Below, one piece after another: positions 29,911 through 39,976 of a DNA stretch of 58,829 bases. The notes beneath the pieces are model-generated. The model worked only from the letters and a program-made list of their open reading frames with translations, was not told the DNA's origin and searched no databases. The stretch comes from an uncultured Flavobacteriales bacterium. GTDB taxonomy: Bacteria > Bacteroidota > Bacteroidia > Flavobacteriales > BACL11. The translations under genes were made by a program, and so were the position numbers. The stretch lies in NCBI GenBank assembly GCA_905478185.1, contig CAJQHO010000007.1, positions 1 through 58,829 on the forward strand. The letters are read 5' to 3'. Position 1 is the stretch's first letter. Each line of letters starts with the position of its first letter.

Positions 29911-32335
29911 ATATCTAATCATAGTATTGGTGATTTTTTCTGCTTGCAAAAAACAAGAAGAAACTATTTTATCACAAGAAATATCAGATTGGAAGTTTGA
30001 ATATCAGGGAGATTGGCATCAAGCAGAAGTTCCTGGAAATAACTTTTTTGATTTATTAAAACACAACTTTATACCTGACCCATTTTATGGCACTAATGAA
30101 GACAGTATTCAATGGGTGTCCGAAAGAAATTGGCAGTACAAATCTCAATTTTCAGTACCTAAAAGTACTTTAGAAAATGAAAAACAATTGTTGGGTTTTA
30201 GTGGATTAGATACTTATGCAAAAGTCTATTTGAATGATTCGCTTATTCTTCAAGCCAATAATATGTTTCGAACTTGGGAGGTAGATGTAAGTGATATCCT
30301 GAAAAAAGACAATACGCTACTCATAAAATTTGATGCAGTATCAAAAATTGAAACTGAAAAGCAAACAACTTTAGGGTACAGTCTTGCTGGTGGTAAGAGA
30401 GTTTTTACACGAAAAGCAGGCTTTCATTACGGTTGGGATTGGGGAGCAAAAATATCCCCAACAGGAATTTGGCGAAAAGTAGAACTGCAAAGTTGGAGCG
30501 ATTGCAAGATAAAAAATATTTATATTTCCCAAGATAATTTAACAGACACACTGGTCAGCTTAACAGCTAATATTGAAATAGAATCTTCAGTTGAAAAAGG
30601 AATTACGATTAAGGCTTATGATAAAGTTTGGGGAAATTTTAAACTGCAAAAAGGGAGTAATCAACTTTCTGTTATCATCCGTATTCCAAACCCTGAATTA
30701 TGGTGGCCAAATGGCTATGGAGAGCAAAAATTATATGACATCAATATTTCTATATCAGATGAAAATAGGCTGCTTGATAGCCAAACAAAAAAAATTGGTT
30801 TACGAAAAATAGAATTAATTACTGAGCAAGATTCAGTAGGAGAAAGTTTTTATTTCAAAGTAAATGATAAACCTATTTTTATGAAAGGAGCCAATTATAT
30901 TCCTCAGGATAATTTACAAAATAGAGTAACAAAAAAACATTATCGCAACTTGCTAAATGATGCAGTTAAAGCCAACATGAATATGATCAGGGTTTGGGGA
31001 GGAGGGATTTATGAAGAAGATATTTTCTATGATTTATGTGATTCGCTTGGGATTCTAGTTTGGCAAGATTTTATGTTTGCATGCGCTATGTACCCTTCTG
31101 ACTATTTGTTTTTAGAAAATGTAAAAGAAGAAGCCATCCAAAGTGTAAAGCGTTTACGCCACCACCCTTCCATTGCACTTTGGTGTGGTAATAATGAAAA
31201 TTCAGAAGGCTGGCACAGATGGGGTTGGCAAAATGCATTTACCCAAAAACAACAAGATAAAATTTGGGATGGATATCAGAAAGTATTTCAAGAGATGCTT
31301 CCAACTATAGTAGCTGAAAATTCTCAATCAGCCTACTGGGAAAGTTCTCCAAAATTTGGAAGAGGCAATCCAAAACATCAGTTTGAAGGGGATGCGCATT
31401 ATTGGGGGGTTTGGCATGATGCAGAGCCCTTTGAAAATTTAGAAACGAAAGTACCTAGATTCATGAGTGAATTTGGCTTTCAATCTTTTCCTCAGCTTTC
31501 CACCATTGTCACTTTTGCTGATAGTTTGAATTGGGATTTAAATTCGGCTGTGATGCAAAAACATCAAAAACATCCAAGAGGAAATTCCCTTATTACTGAA
31601 TATATGACAAGAGAATTTAATGTCCCAAAAGACTTTAGGAAGTTCGTTTATGCAAGTCAAATCCTACAAGCAAACGGCATGCGAATTGGCTTAGAATCTC
31701 ACAGGAGAAATCAACCTTATTGTATGGGAACTTTGTATTGGCAACTGAACGATTGCTGGCCAGTAGCCTCATGGAGTAGTCGTGATTATTTTGGCAATTG
31801 GAAAGCCTTACAATATACCGCTCAAGATGCTTTTACTCAAATCTCTCTCTCTTTAGAAAAAACTGAAAAAAACAGTTTTAATATATGGGTCATATCAGAT
31901 ACTACAAATTGTACTGACACTTTGCTTATCAACACTTACTCCTTAAAAGGGGAAATATTGTCTAGCAGTAAACAATTTGTTAAAATTCAAGCCAAATCAC
32001 AACTCATTGCTTCTGTTCCTTTTTGTAAAGATGACGAATTTATCATTTGTAAGCTAAAACAGCAAAAAGTACAATCAAAAGTTGGCTTTACAAAAGCAAT
32101 TAAAAATTATGATTTTCCAAAACCAACTATTCAGTATCAATATAATGATAATAATCTAAAGCTCAGTACAGACGTGCCCACTTTTCAGCTTTATTTACAT
32201 GGAGTAAAAGGAAATTTCTCTGATAATTTCTTTACCCTTTTGCCCGGAGAAGAAAAAATAATAGAGATTGAGACTTCAGGATTTAACCCAAATAATTTAT
32301 TAATTTGGTCGCTATACGAATTGAACAAAAATTAA
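29903..32335 (+). CDS. GH2 beta-mannosidase, lipoprotein
   Basis: GWDWG, KGANYIP, NMIRVWGGG, WQDFMFAC, WCGNNE, RFMSEFGFQS and YWQLNDCWP; lipobox FSAC. Start uncertain (TTG 29903 or 29885). Confidence 0.9.
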   Translation: MHKYLIIVLVIFSACKKQEETILSQEISDWKFEYQGDWHQAEVPGNNFFDLLKHNFIPDPFYGTNEDSIQWVSERNWQYKSQFSVPKSTLENEKQLLGFSGLDTYAKVYLNDSLILQANNMFRTWEVDVSDILKKDNTLLIKFDAVSKIETEKQTTLGYSLAGGKRVFTRKAGFHYGWDWGAKISPTGIWRKVELQSWSDCKIKNIYISQDNLTDTLVSLTANIEIESSVEKGITIKAYDKVWGNFKLQKGSNQLSVIIRIPNPELWWPNGYGEQKLYDINISISDENRLLDSQTKKIGLRKIELITEQDSVGESFYFKVNDKPIFMKGANYIPQDNLQNRVTKKHYRNLLNDAVKANMNMIRVWGGGIYEEDIFYDLCDSLGILVWQDFMFACAMYPSDYLFLENVKEEAIQSVKRLRHHPSIALWCGNNENSEGWHRWGWQNAFTQKQQDKIWDGYQKVFQEMLPTIVAENSQSAYWESSPKFGRGNPKHQFEGDAHYWGVWHDAEPFENLETKVPRFMSEFGFQSFPQLSTIVTFADSLNWDLNSAVMQKHQKHPRGNSLITEYMTREFNVPKDFRKFVYASQILQANGMRIGLESHRRNQPYCMGTLYWQLNDCWPVASWSSRDYFGNWKALQYTAQDAFTQISLSLEKTEKNSFNIWVISDTTNCTDTLLINTYSLKGEILSSSKQFVKIQAKSQLIASVPFCKDDEFIICKLKQQKVQSKVGFTKAIKNYDFPKPTIQYQYNDNNLKLSTDVPTFQLYLHGVKGNFSDNFFTLLPGEEKIIEIETSGFNPNNLLIWSLYELNKN

Positions 32336-32339
32336 ACTT

Positions 32340-33320
32340 ATGTCAAACAGAAGAAATTTTATTAAAGGAGGGGTTTTAGGAGCGGTTGGAACAGCTATTT
32401 TTCCTAAATTAATTTCTGCCATAGCACAGAACTCAAATCCTAATTCTGAAGAAGGTCACCCAATGGTTATTTCTACTTGGAAACATGGAATGCCCGCCAA
32501 TGTAGCTGCTATGGAAGTGCTGCAAAGCGGAGGCAAGGCAATTGATGCTGTTGAGGCTGGTGTAAAAATACCAGAAGCTGATCCGGAATCTATGTCGGTT
32601 GGATTAGGAGGATTGCCAGATAGAGATGGAAAAGTAACTCTTGACGCTTGCATTATGGATGAAACAGGAAATTGTGGTTCAGTTAGTTTTTTACAACATA
32701 TAAAACACCCAATTTCTGTTGCCAGAAAAGTAATGGATGAGACACCTCATGTTATGTTATCAGGGGAAGGCGCATTACAATTTGCATTAGAACAAGGTTT
32801 TCCTAAAGAAGATTTATTAACTGAAAAAGCTGAAAAAAGATGGAGAGAATGGTTGAAAGAATCTGAATATAAACCAATAATAAATGTGGAAAACCATGAT
32901 ACTATTGGACTTTTAGCATTGGATAAAAAAGGTGATATTTCTGGGGCTTGCACTACATCAGGTCTTTCTTGGAAAATGCACGGTAGAGTTGGAGATTCGC
33001 CAGTAATTGGTGCAGGGATGTATGTTGATAATGAAGTTGGTGGTTGTTGCGCTACAGGAGTTGGGGAGGCCGTGCTTAAAACTTTAGGTTCTTTTTTAAT
33101 TGTTGAGTTAATGCGACAAGGCGCTAGTCCTCAAGAAGCTTGTGAGGAAGGAATTGCTCGAATTGTAAAAAATCAAAATTATAAGGATATGCAAATTGGC
33201 TATTTGGCCATCAATAAAAAAGGAGAGCATGGTGCTTATGCTGTACATCCTTGGTTTAATTATGCTTTGCATCAAGGAGGTGAAAATCGAATGATAGATT
33301 CCTTGTCTTATTTGAAATAA
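32340..33320 (+). CDS. N4-(beta-N-acetylglucosaminyl)-L-asparaginase (glycosylasparaginase), Tat-exported
   Basis: Tat motif SNRRNFIK; SVG.GGLPDRDG.VTLDACIMD; autoproteolysis site HD/TIG; GRVGDSP. Confidence 0.93.
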   Translation: MSNRRNFIKGGVLGAVGTAIFPKLISAIAQNSNPNSEEGHPMVISTWKHGMPANVAAMEVLQSGGKAIDAVEAGVKIPEADPESMSVGLGGLPDRDGKVTLDACIMDETGNCGSVSFLQHIKHPISVARKVMDETPHVMLSGEGALQFALEQGFPKEDLLTEKAEKRWREWLKESEYKPIINVENHDTIGLLALDKKGDISGACTTSGLSWKMHGRVGDSPVIGAGMYVDNEVGGCCATGVGEAVLKTLGSFLIVELMRQGASPQEACEEGIARIVKNQNYKDMQIGYLAINKKGEHGAYAVHPWFNYALHQGGENRMIDSLSYLK

Positions 33321-35485
33321 TGAAATATTGGCTATATATATTCTGTTTGTTGTTTTCTTGTACTGATCAAAAAGTACAAGAGGTAAATCTTATCCCCAAA
33401 CCTCAAAAATTAGAGATAACTGATGGTGTATTCTCACTAAGTTATAACACAAATTTGATAGTTGACAGTCTATTTTATACTGAGTCAGACTACTTAAAAG
33501 AGATTCTCAATCTTGAATTAAAAGGGAACGGAAATACAATTGAATTATTAAAAAAAGAAGTATTACAAGAAGAAGAATTTTTTCTAAATATTTCAGAAGA
33601 AAAATTAAAAATAGAGGCGTCTACCCCTAAAGGAATAATGAGAGGGATACAAACTTTAAGACAGTTAATCACGACTAAAAAAGGAGTAGTAAAAACAACA
33701 ATTCCTTGCTTAAAAATTCATGATTTTCCAAGATTTTCTTGGAGGGGATTGCTCCTAGATTGTTGCCGTCATTTTATGGACAAAGAATTTGTAATGCGCT
33801 ATATTGATTTGTTGGCTTATCATAAAATGAATGTTTTGCATTGGCACCTTACAGAAGATCAAGGATGGAGAGTTGAAATTGAGAAATACCCAAAACTAAC
33901 TGAAATTGGAGCTTGGCGCACGGAAAAAGATGGTAGTAAATATGGTGGATTTTACACCAAAGAAGACATCAAAGAAATTTTGGCTTATGCAAAAACAAGA
34001 CATGTTACAGTTGTTCCAGAAATAGAATTCCCAGGACATTCGGTTGCTGCTATTGCCTCCTACCCTCATCTTTCTTGTTCAGGTGATAGCATAAATGTAG
34101 GTACTGATTGGGGTGTTTATAAAGATATTTACTGTGCGGGAAACGATACCGTTTTTGTTTTTATGGAAGATGTATTAACGGAGGTTATGGAATTATTCCC
34201 ATCAAAATACATTCATATTGGAGGAGATGAAGCTCCAAAATACAGATGGGAACATTGCAGAAAATGCCAGCAAAGAATTACAGAAGAAGGACTGCATGAT
34301 GCACATGAATTGCAATCCTATTTTATTACAAGAATTGAAAAATTCTTGAACGAAAACGGAAGACAACTTATTGGTTGGGATGAGATATTAGAGGGTGGTT
34401 TAGCTCCCTCAGCAACTGTGCAATCTTGGAGAGGAGAAGAAGGTGGAATTGCTGCAGCCAAAAGTGGACATGACGCTATTATGTCGCCAACTTCCCATTG
34501 TTATTTTGATTATGGACTAGATGCTACTGACCTAAAAGATGTCTATCATTATGAGCCTATTCCTGCAGAGTTAACAGAAGATGAAGCCAAACATATTTTG
34601 GGTGGAGAGTGTAATATGTGGAGCGAAAGAGCCCCGCAAGAATTAATTGATAGCAAAGTATTTCCAAGGATTTTAGCTATGAGTGAAGTGCTATGGAGTT
34701 CCTCCGAAAAAGATTATGATAATTTTTATTCTCGAGTACAAAAGCACTATCCTAAACTGGATGCACTAGGCGTAACTTATGGATTTGAAAGTGTGCCTAT
34801 TACCTCAACAGTTGTTTTTAATGCCGATAGTTTTGCCGTTTCTCTTTTTAAAGGCAGCCCTGATATCCGTTTGGAATACAGCCTTAATAATGGTACTTGG
34901 CAAGACTATACTACTCCTTTTGGCGTAAATTCAACTAGCACTTTAAAGGCCAGAGGATTTAAAAACAAAAAGCCCTACGGAGAGTTTGAGCAGGAATTAA
35001 TTAAACATATTGCTACTGGAAAGAAAGTCAATTATACTATACCTTACAACAAACATTACAAAGGAACAGGTGATAATAATTTGACAGATGGACTTTTGGG
35101 GAGTACAGAGAATTTCAGAGATGGTTATTACCAAGGATTCTCAGGAACTGATATGGAAGTGATTATTGATTTGGGTGAAATAAACACATTCTCAAAAATT
35201 AACACTGCCTTTTTTCAATACTATTTATCTTGGATAGTATTGCCAACTTCTGTGAGTTATGCAATTTCTGATGATGGAAAAAACTTTACCGAAATTGCAA
35301 ACATTACCAATGAAATTCCTCTTATGAAAGAAGGAAAGTTTAAGCATACTTTTAATTTTGAAAAAGAAAATACAAAAGCAAAATACCTAAAAGTAAGTGC
35401 TAAAACAGTTGGAAAATTACCAAAAGAGCACCCTGCTGCTGGCTCAGATGCTTGGATTTTTGTGGATGAAATAATTATAAATTAA
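33320..35485 (+). CDS. GH20 beta-N-acetylhexosaminidase with a C-terminal F5/8-type module, lipoprotein
   Basis: DFPRFSWRG..LD..RHF, HWHLTEDQGWR, HIGGDEA and GWDEI; lipobox LFSC. Confidence 0.95.
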   Translation: MKYWLYIFCLLFSCTDQKVQEVNLIPKPQKLEITDGVFSLSYNTNLIVDSLFYTESDYLKEILNLELKGNGNTIELLKKEVLQEEEFFLNISEEKLKIEASTPKGIMRGIQTLRQLITTKKGVVKTTIPCLKIHDFPRFSWRGLLLDCCRHFMDKEFVMRYIDLLAYHKMNVLHWHLTEDQGWRVEIEKYPKLTEIGAWRTEKDGSKYGGFYTKEDIKEILAYAKTRHVTVVPEIEFPGHSVAAIASYPHLSCSGDSINVGTDWGVYKDIYCAGNDTVFVFMEDVLTEVMELFPSKYIHIGGDEAPKYRWEHCRKCQQRITEEGLHDAHELQSYFITRIEKFLNENGRQLIGWDEILEGGLAPSATVQSWRGEEGGIAAAKSGHDAIMSPTSHCYFDYGLDATDLKDVYHYEPIPAELTEDEAKHILGGECNMWSERAPQELIDSKVFPRILAMSEVLWSSSEKDYDNFYSRVQKHYPKLDALGVTYGFESVPITSTVVFNADSFAVSLFKGSPDIRLEYSLNNGTWQDYTTPFGVNSTSTLKARGFKNKKPYGEFEQELIKHIATGKKVNYTIPYNKHYKGTGDNNLTDGLLGSTENFRDGYYQGFSGTDMEVIIDLGEINTFSKINTAFFQYYLSWIVLPTSVSYAISDDGKNFTEIANITNEIPLMKEGKFKHTFNFEKENTKAKYLKVSAKTVGKLPKEHPAAGSDAWIFVDEIIIN

Positions 35486-35496
35486 AAAAAATAACA

Positions 35497-35769
35497 ATGA
35501 AAAAGTTACTACTTATATTACTTTGCTTGCCTATGATTGGGGTTGCCTCTTTTCCAATAATTACAGATACTAAAAAATGTGAAAGAACAACAGTTCCTTT
35601 AGATTATGATGTTAATCAAAAGACAGATAATGAAAATAGTAAAATAGAAATAATAAAGTCACCTTTAGAAAAAGATGGTTTTTGGAAGGTTATGCGCTGG
35701 TTACGTATAATCTTTATAATCTTGTTGTCCATTATTGTTATAGCATTAGTATTGGCTGATTTAAATTAA
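35497..35769 (+). CDS. Small hypothetical membrane protein carrying the shared 5' block
   Basis: MKKLLLILLCLPMIGVASFPI is nearly identical to the start of 2426..2929; one C-terminal TM helix. Confidence 0.75.
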   Translation: MKKLLLILLCLPMIGVASFPIITDTKKCERTTVPLDYDVNQKTDNENSKIEIIKSPLEKDGFWKVMRWLRIIFIILLSIIVIALVLADLN

Positions 35770-35772
35770 TTT

Positions 35773-35811
35773 CAATAGATTAACGTAGAGAAAAGAATAG
35801 TTATAGAATAA
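35773..35811 (+). repeat. Fused junction motifs CAATAGATTAAC + GTAGAGAAAAGAATAGTTATAGAATAA (possible empty-cassette scar)
   Basis: Exact reverse-complement matches to 1195-1206 and 1208-1234; the 27-mer encodes VEKRIVIE* with no start codon of its own. Confidence 0.88.
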
Positions 35812-38673
35812 ATGAAAAAAATACTCCCTTTTATATTACTGCTTTTTATGGCTTGCCAGAAAGAGCCTAACTCTTTAACAACATATGTAAATCCTTTTAT
35901 TGGTACAGGTGGTCATGGTCATACTTATCCAGGAGCAAGTGCTCCTTTTGGTATGGTACAGCTCAGCCCAGATAGTCGTTTGGAAGGTTGGGATGGTTGT
36001 GGCGGCTATCATTATTCAGATTCTATTATTTATGGTTTTTCGCATACGCACCTTAGTGGAACTGGTGTTTCGGACTATGGCGATATTTTACTAATACCAA
36101 CTACGGGCGAACTGCTTTTAAATAATGGTGCTGCTGGTAATCCTGGATATAGTTCTACATTTTCCCATGAAAATGAAACTGCCACAGCAGGTTTTTATCA
36201 AGTCTTTTTAGAAAATTATAATGTGGATGTTGAACTAACTGCAAGTCAAAGAGCAGGCTTTCATAAATACACTTTCCCTGAAAATGAAGAAGCTCAGGTG
36301 GTACTAGATTTAGAACACAGAGACAGATTGTTGGATTATAAAATTGAATTGGTAGATAGCAATACACTACAAGGTATCCGCTATTCAGACAATTGGGCAA
36401 GAGTGCAAAAAGTGCATTTTTACATGCAATTTTCTAAAAACTTACAAAGTATCACCTTTAATGAAAAGCAATCAGTTGCAGGTATTTCTTTTGGTAAGTT
36501 ACAAAAACCTCTACTGATAAAAGTGGGAATATCAGCAGTAAGTACAGATGGTGCCAAAGCCAATTTACAAGCTGAAATACCACATTGGGATTTTGATAAA
36601 ACAAAAGCAGAAACTACTGATCTTTGGGAAAAGGAACTTAGTAAAATTATAGTGGAAGGAAAATCAGAAGAGCAAAAAGAGATTTTCTATACTGCTTTGT
36701 ATCACTCCTTGCTTAACCCTAATTTATATATAGATGTAGATGGCAATTACAATGGTACTGATTTACAAAAACATCATACTGATGATAAACATTATACTAT
36801 ATTTTCACTTTGGGACACATTTAGAGCGACACATCCACTATTTACCTTGATTCAACAAGATCGAACTAATGAATTTATCCGTACCTTTTTAAGACAATAC
36901 AAAGAAGGAGGTCAATTACCTATTTGGGAATTGGCTGCTAATTATACTGGCTGTATGATTGGTTATCATGCTATACCAGTAATTGCAGATGCCTATATAA
37001 AAGGAATTAGAGATTATGATGCAGATTTAGCTTTAGAAGCTATGGTCCATTCTGCCATGCAAGATGATTTAGGATTAAGTTGGTATAAAGACAATGGATT
37101 TATTGCAGCTTCTGATGAACCAGAATCAGTTTCAAAACATCTAGAATATTCTTATGATGATTGGTGTATTGCACTACTTGCTGACTCTTTAGGAAAAGAA
37201 GAAATTGCAACTACTTTTTATCAGAGAGGTCAGTATTATAAAAATTTATTTGATCCTTCCACTGGATTTTTCAGAGCTAAAAAAAGCCATACTTGGTTTG
37301 CTCCATTTAGGCCTGAGGAAGTAAATTTTAATTATACAGAAGCCAATGCTTGGCAATACTCATTTTTTGTTCCTCAGGATATCAGTGGGCATATAAAAAT
37401 CATGGGTGGAGCAAAAAAATATGAGCAACATTTAGATAATATGTTTAATGCTTCAACTGAAACTTCTGGTAGAGAACAGCCTGATGTTACTGGTCTAATT
37501 GGACAATATGCACACGGAAATGAGCCAAGCCATCATATGGCTTATTTATATAATTATGTAGGGAAGCCACATAAAACACAAAAGATTGTAAGGCAAATTT
37601 TGGATGAACAATATACTCACCTTCCAGATGGATTATCAGGGAATGAGGATTGTGGGCAGATGTCTGCCTGGTATGTCCTGAGTGCAATGGGGTTCTATTC
37701 TGTTACTCCTGGGCTTGATTATTACACCATAGGAACGCCACTATTTGAAAAAGCAACTCTCAATTTAGAAAATGGAAGTGCTTTTACTATTGTAGCCAAT
37801 AATGTTTCTGATGATAACATTTACATCCAATCCGCTACTTTAAATGATAAAATATTTGAGCATAGTTTTATTAAACATTCAGATATTATCAAAGGAGGGA
37901 CCCTATTTTTTGAGATGGGGAGTAGCCCTAGCAGTTGGGCAAGCAAAAGTTTTCCACTATCTTCAATTACAAAAAATGAAATAGTAGCCGTTCCTTACTT
38001 TGAAGCAGAAAGCCAAACATATACCGACAAACTAAGCGTTAAATTAGGATCAGCTGTAGGTGGAGATATTTATTACAGCATTAATGATCAAAATGAAAAA
38101 AAATATGAAAAGCCAATTATTATTACTGCTGATGCTAATATAAGTTGCCGCATTAAAAAAGGAGCAAAATGGAGCAAACAAGTTTCTGCTAATTATTACA
38201 AGACTGACAATACAAAATCTATAAAAATAGAAAGCTTATATGCAAATCAATATGCAGCAGCAGGAGATAAAACACTAATTGACCATTTAAGAGGAGGTGG
38301 GAATTATCGAACTGGGAATTGGCAAGGCTACAGAGAAGATTTAAATGTTACTGTTGATTTAGGAAAAGAAAAAGAAATTTCTACTATTAGCTTAGGCTGT
38401 ATGCAGGATATTAAATCTTGGATTTTCTTTCCTAAAAAAGTAGAGTATTATTCATCTGTTAATGCAGAAGACTTTACCTTTTTAGGAATAATAAACACTA
38501 ATTTTTCGGACAGGTTAGAAGGTAGTTTTATTGATGATTACACTCTAAAACTTCAAAATACTAAAGCACAATATATCAAAGTAAAAGCTACTAATTATGG
38601 TATTTGTCCAGATTGGCATTTAGGGGCAAGAGGTAAAACTTGGCTTTTTGTAGACGAACTAATAATAAAATAA
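35812..38673 (+). CDS. GH92 alpha-mannosidase with a C-terminal F5/8-type module, lipoprotein
   Basis: YVNPFIGTGGHGHTYPGA..PFGMVQLSPD, SLWDTFRA.HP, HGNEPSHH and GNEDCGQMSAWY. Confidence 0.95.
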   Translation: MKKILPFILLLFMACQKEPNSLTTYVNPFIGTGGHGHTYPGASAPFGMVQLSPDSRLEGWDGCGGYHYSDSIIYGFSHTHLSGTGVSDYGDILLIPTTGELLLNNGAAGNPGYSSTFSHENETATAGFYQVFLENYNVDVELTASQRAGFHKYTFPENEEAQVVLDLEHRDRLLDYKIELVDSNTLQGIRYSDNWARVQKVHFYMQFSKNLQSITFNEKQSVAGISFGKLQKPLLIKVGISAVSTDGAKANLQAEIPHWDFDKTKAETTDLWEKELSKIIVEGKSEEQKEIFYTALYHSLLNPNLYIDVDGNYNGTDLQKHHTDDKHYTIFSLWDTFRATHPLFTLIQQDRTNEFIRTFLRQYKEGGQLPIWELAANYTGCMIGYHAIPVIADAYIKGIRDYDADLALEAMVHSAMQDDLGLSWYKDNGFIAASDEPESVSKHLEYSYDDWCIALLADSLGKEEIATTFYQRGQYYKNLFDPSTGFFRAKKSHTWFAPFRPEEVNFNYTEANAWQYSFFVPQDISGHIKIMGGAKKYEQHLDNMFNASTETSGREQPDVTGLIGQYAHGNEPSHHMAYLYNYVGKPHKTQKIVRQILDEQYTHLPDGLSGNEDCGQMSAWYVLSAMGFYSVTPGLDYYTIGTPLFEKATLNLENGSAFTIVANNVSDDNIYIQSATLNDKIFEHSFIKHSDIIKGGTLFFEMGSSPSSWASKSFPLSSITKNEIVAVPYFEAESQTYTDKLSVKLGSAVGGDIYYSINDQNEKKYEKPIIITADANISCRIKKGAKWSKQVSANYYKTDNTKSIKIESLYANQYAAAGDKTLIDHLRGGGNYRTGNWQGYREDLNVTVDLGKEKEISTISLGCMQDIKSWIFFPKKVEYYSSVNAEDFTFLGIINTNFSDRLEGSFIDDYTLKLQNTKAQYIKVKATNYGICPDWHLGARGKTWLFVDELIIK

Positions 38674-38674
38674 C

Positions 38675-39976
38675 ATGACTAAAAATAAATACCTATTTCC
38701 TTTTATTGCTCTTACTTCTCTTTTCTTTTTGTGGGGGTTTCTTACAGTATTAGTAGATTTTTTAATTCCCAGATTAAAGGAGATTTTTACCCTTACTTAT
38801 TTTCAAGCTGGGCTCGTGCAATTTGCTTTTTTTATGGCTTATTTTTTACTCTCTATTCCTGCAGGCTTTATCCTTTCCAAAATTGGTTATAAAAAAGGAA
38901 TTATTTTAGGATTACTCACCATGGCTTTGGGATGTTTCTTATTCTATCCTGCAGCTGAGTTTCGAACGTTTAGCATTTTTTTGATGGCTTATTTTATTTT
39001 AGCTGGAGGTATGACTATTTTACAAGTGGCTGCCAATCCTTTTGTAGCGGTATTAGGTGATAAGAAAGGAGCATCAAGCCGACTTAATTTAGCGCAAGCA
39101 TTTAACTCCTTAGGGACAGCTATTGCCCCAGCAATTGGAGCTACCTTTTTATTAAGTGATACTATAAAAACTACTGCTGAAATAGATATTTTAAGTGAAA
39201 TTGAAAAGTCCGCTTATTATATTGCAGAGGCAGTTGCTGTGCAAACACCATTTGTTTTATTATCTGCCTGTATTGTCGTTTTGGCTGTAATTTTTGCATT
39301 TGTAAAATTGCCTTCTATTATTAAAACGGTAAGTAATAGTGGTTATAGGGAGGTGCTCAAAAACAAAGTGTTGATGATGGGTGCATTTGCAATTTTGGTT
39401 TATGTGGGAGCGGAAGTGGCAATTGGTAGTTATTTGGTAAATTACTTTATCGACATGGATATGCACTTAATTATACAAAGCACTCCATGGATGAATAATA
39501 TTGCCATAAATATTCTAAATACTGATTTGGTAAGTTTAGATAAAAGAGCAATAGTTGGAGCTTTTGTTACTTTTTATTGGAGCGGTGCCATGATAGGAAG
39601 ATTTGTTGGTGCTTATTTAACCAGTAAAAATAATCCATCAAAAGTTTTAAGGTTTTTTGCAATAGGAGCACTTTTATTCATTGTTATTTCCATGAATACT
39701 GTTGGGGTCATATCTATGTGGAGCATATTGGCTGTTGGACTTTTTAACTCAATAATGTTTCCAACTATCTTCACTTTATCTATTCAGGATATAGACGAGT
39801 TAAAACCACAAGCTTCAGGGATACTATGCACTATGATTGTAGGTGGGGCAATTATTCCACCTCTTTACGGGTTTATAACAGATTTATCTGGATTTAAAAC
39901 AGCTATGATATTACTTTTAGCTTGTTATGGATATATCTATTATTTTGCCAAATCTACTTCAAAGAATTTAGCATAA
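38675..39976 (+). CDS. Sugar MFS transporter (FucP/GluP family)
   Basis: LFFLWGF, LQVAANP, RLNLAQAFNSLG, YVGAEV and SIMFPTIF. Confidence 0.93.
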   Translation: MTKNKYLFPFIALTSLFFLWGFLTVLVDFLIPRLKEIFTLTYFQAGLVQFAFFMAYFLLSIPAGFILSKIGYKKGIILGLLTMALGCFLFYPAAEFRTFSIFLMAYFILAGGMTILQVAANPFVAVLGDKKGASSRLNLAQAFNSLGTAIAPAIGATFLLSDTIKTTAEIDILSEIEKSAYYIAEAVAVQTPFVLLSACIVVLAVIFAFVKLPSIIKTVSNSGYREVLKNKVLMMGAFAILVYVGAEVAIGSYLVNYFIDMDMHLIIQSTPWMNNIAINILNTDLVSLDKRAIVGAFVTFYWSGAMIGRFVGAYLTSKNNPSKVLRFFAIGALLFIVISMNTVGVISMWSILAVGLFNSIMFPTIFTLSIQDIDELKPQASGILCTMIVGGAIIPPLYGFITDLSGFKTAMILLLACYGYIYYFAKSTSKNLA

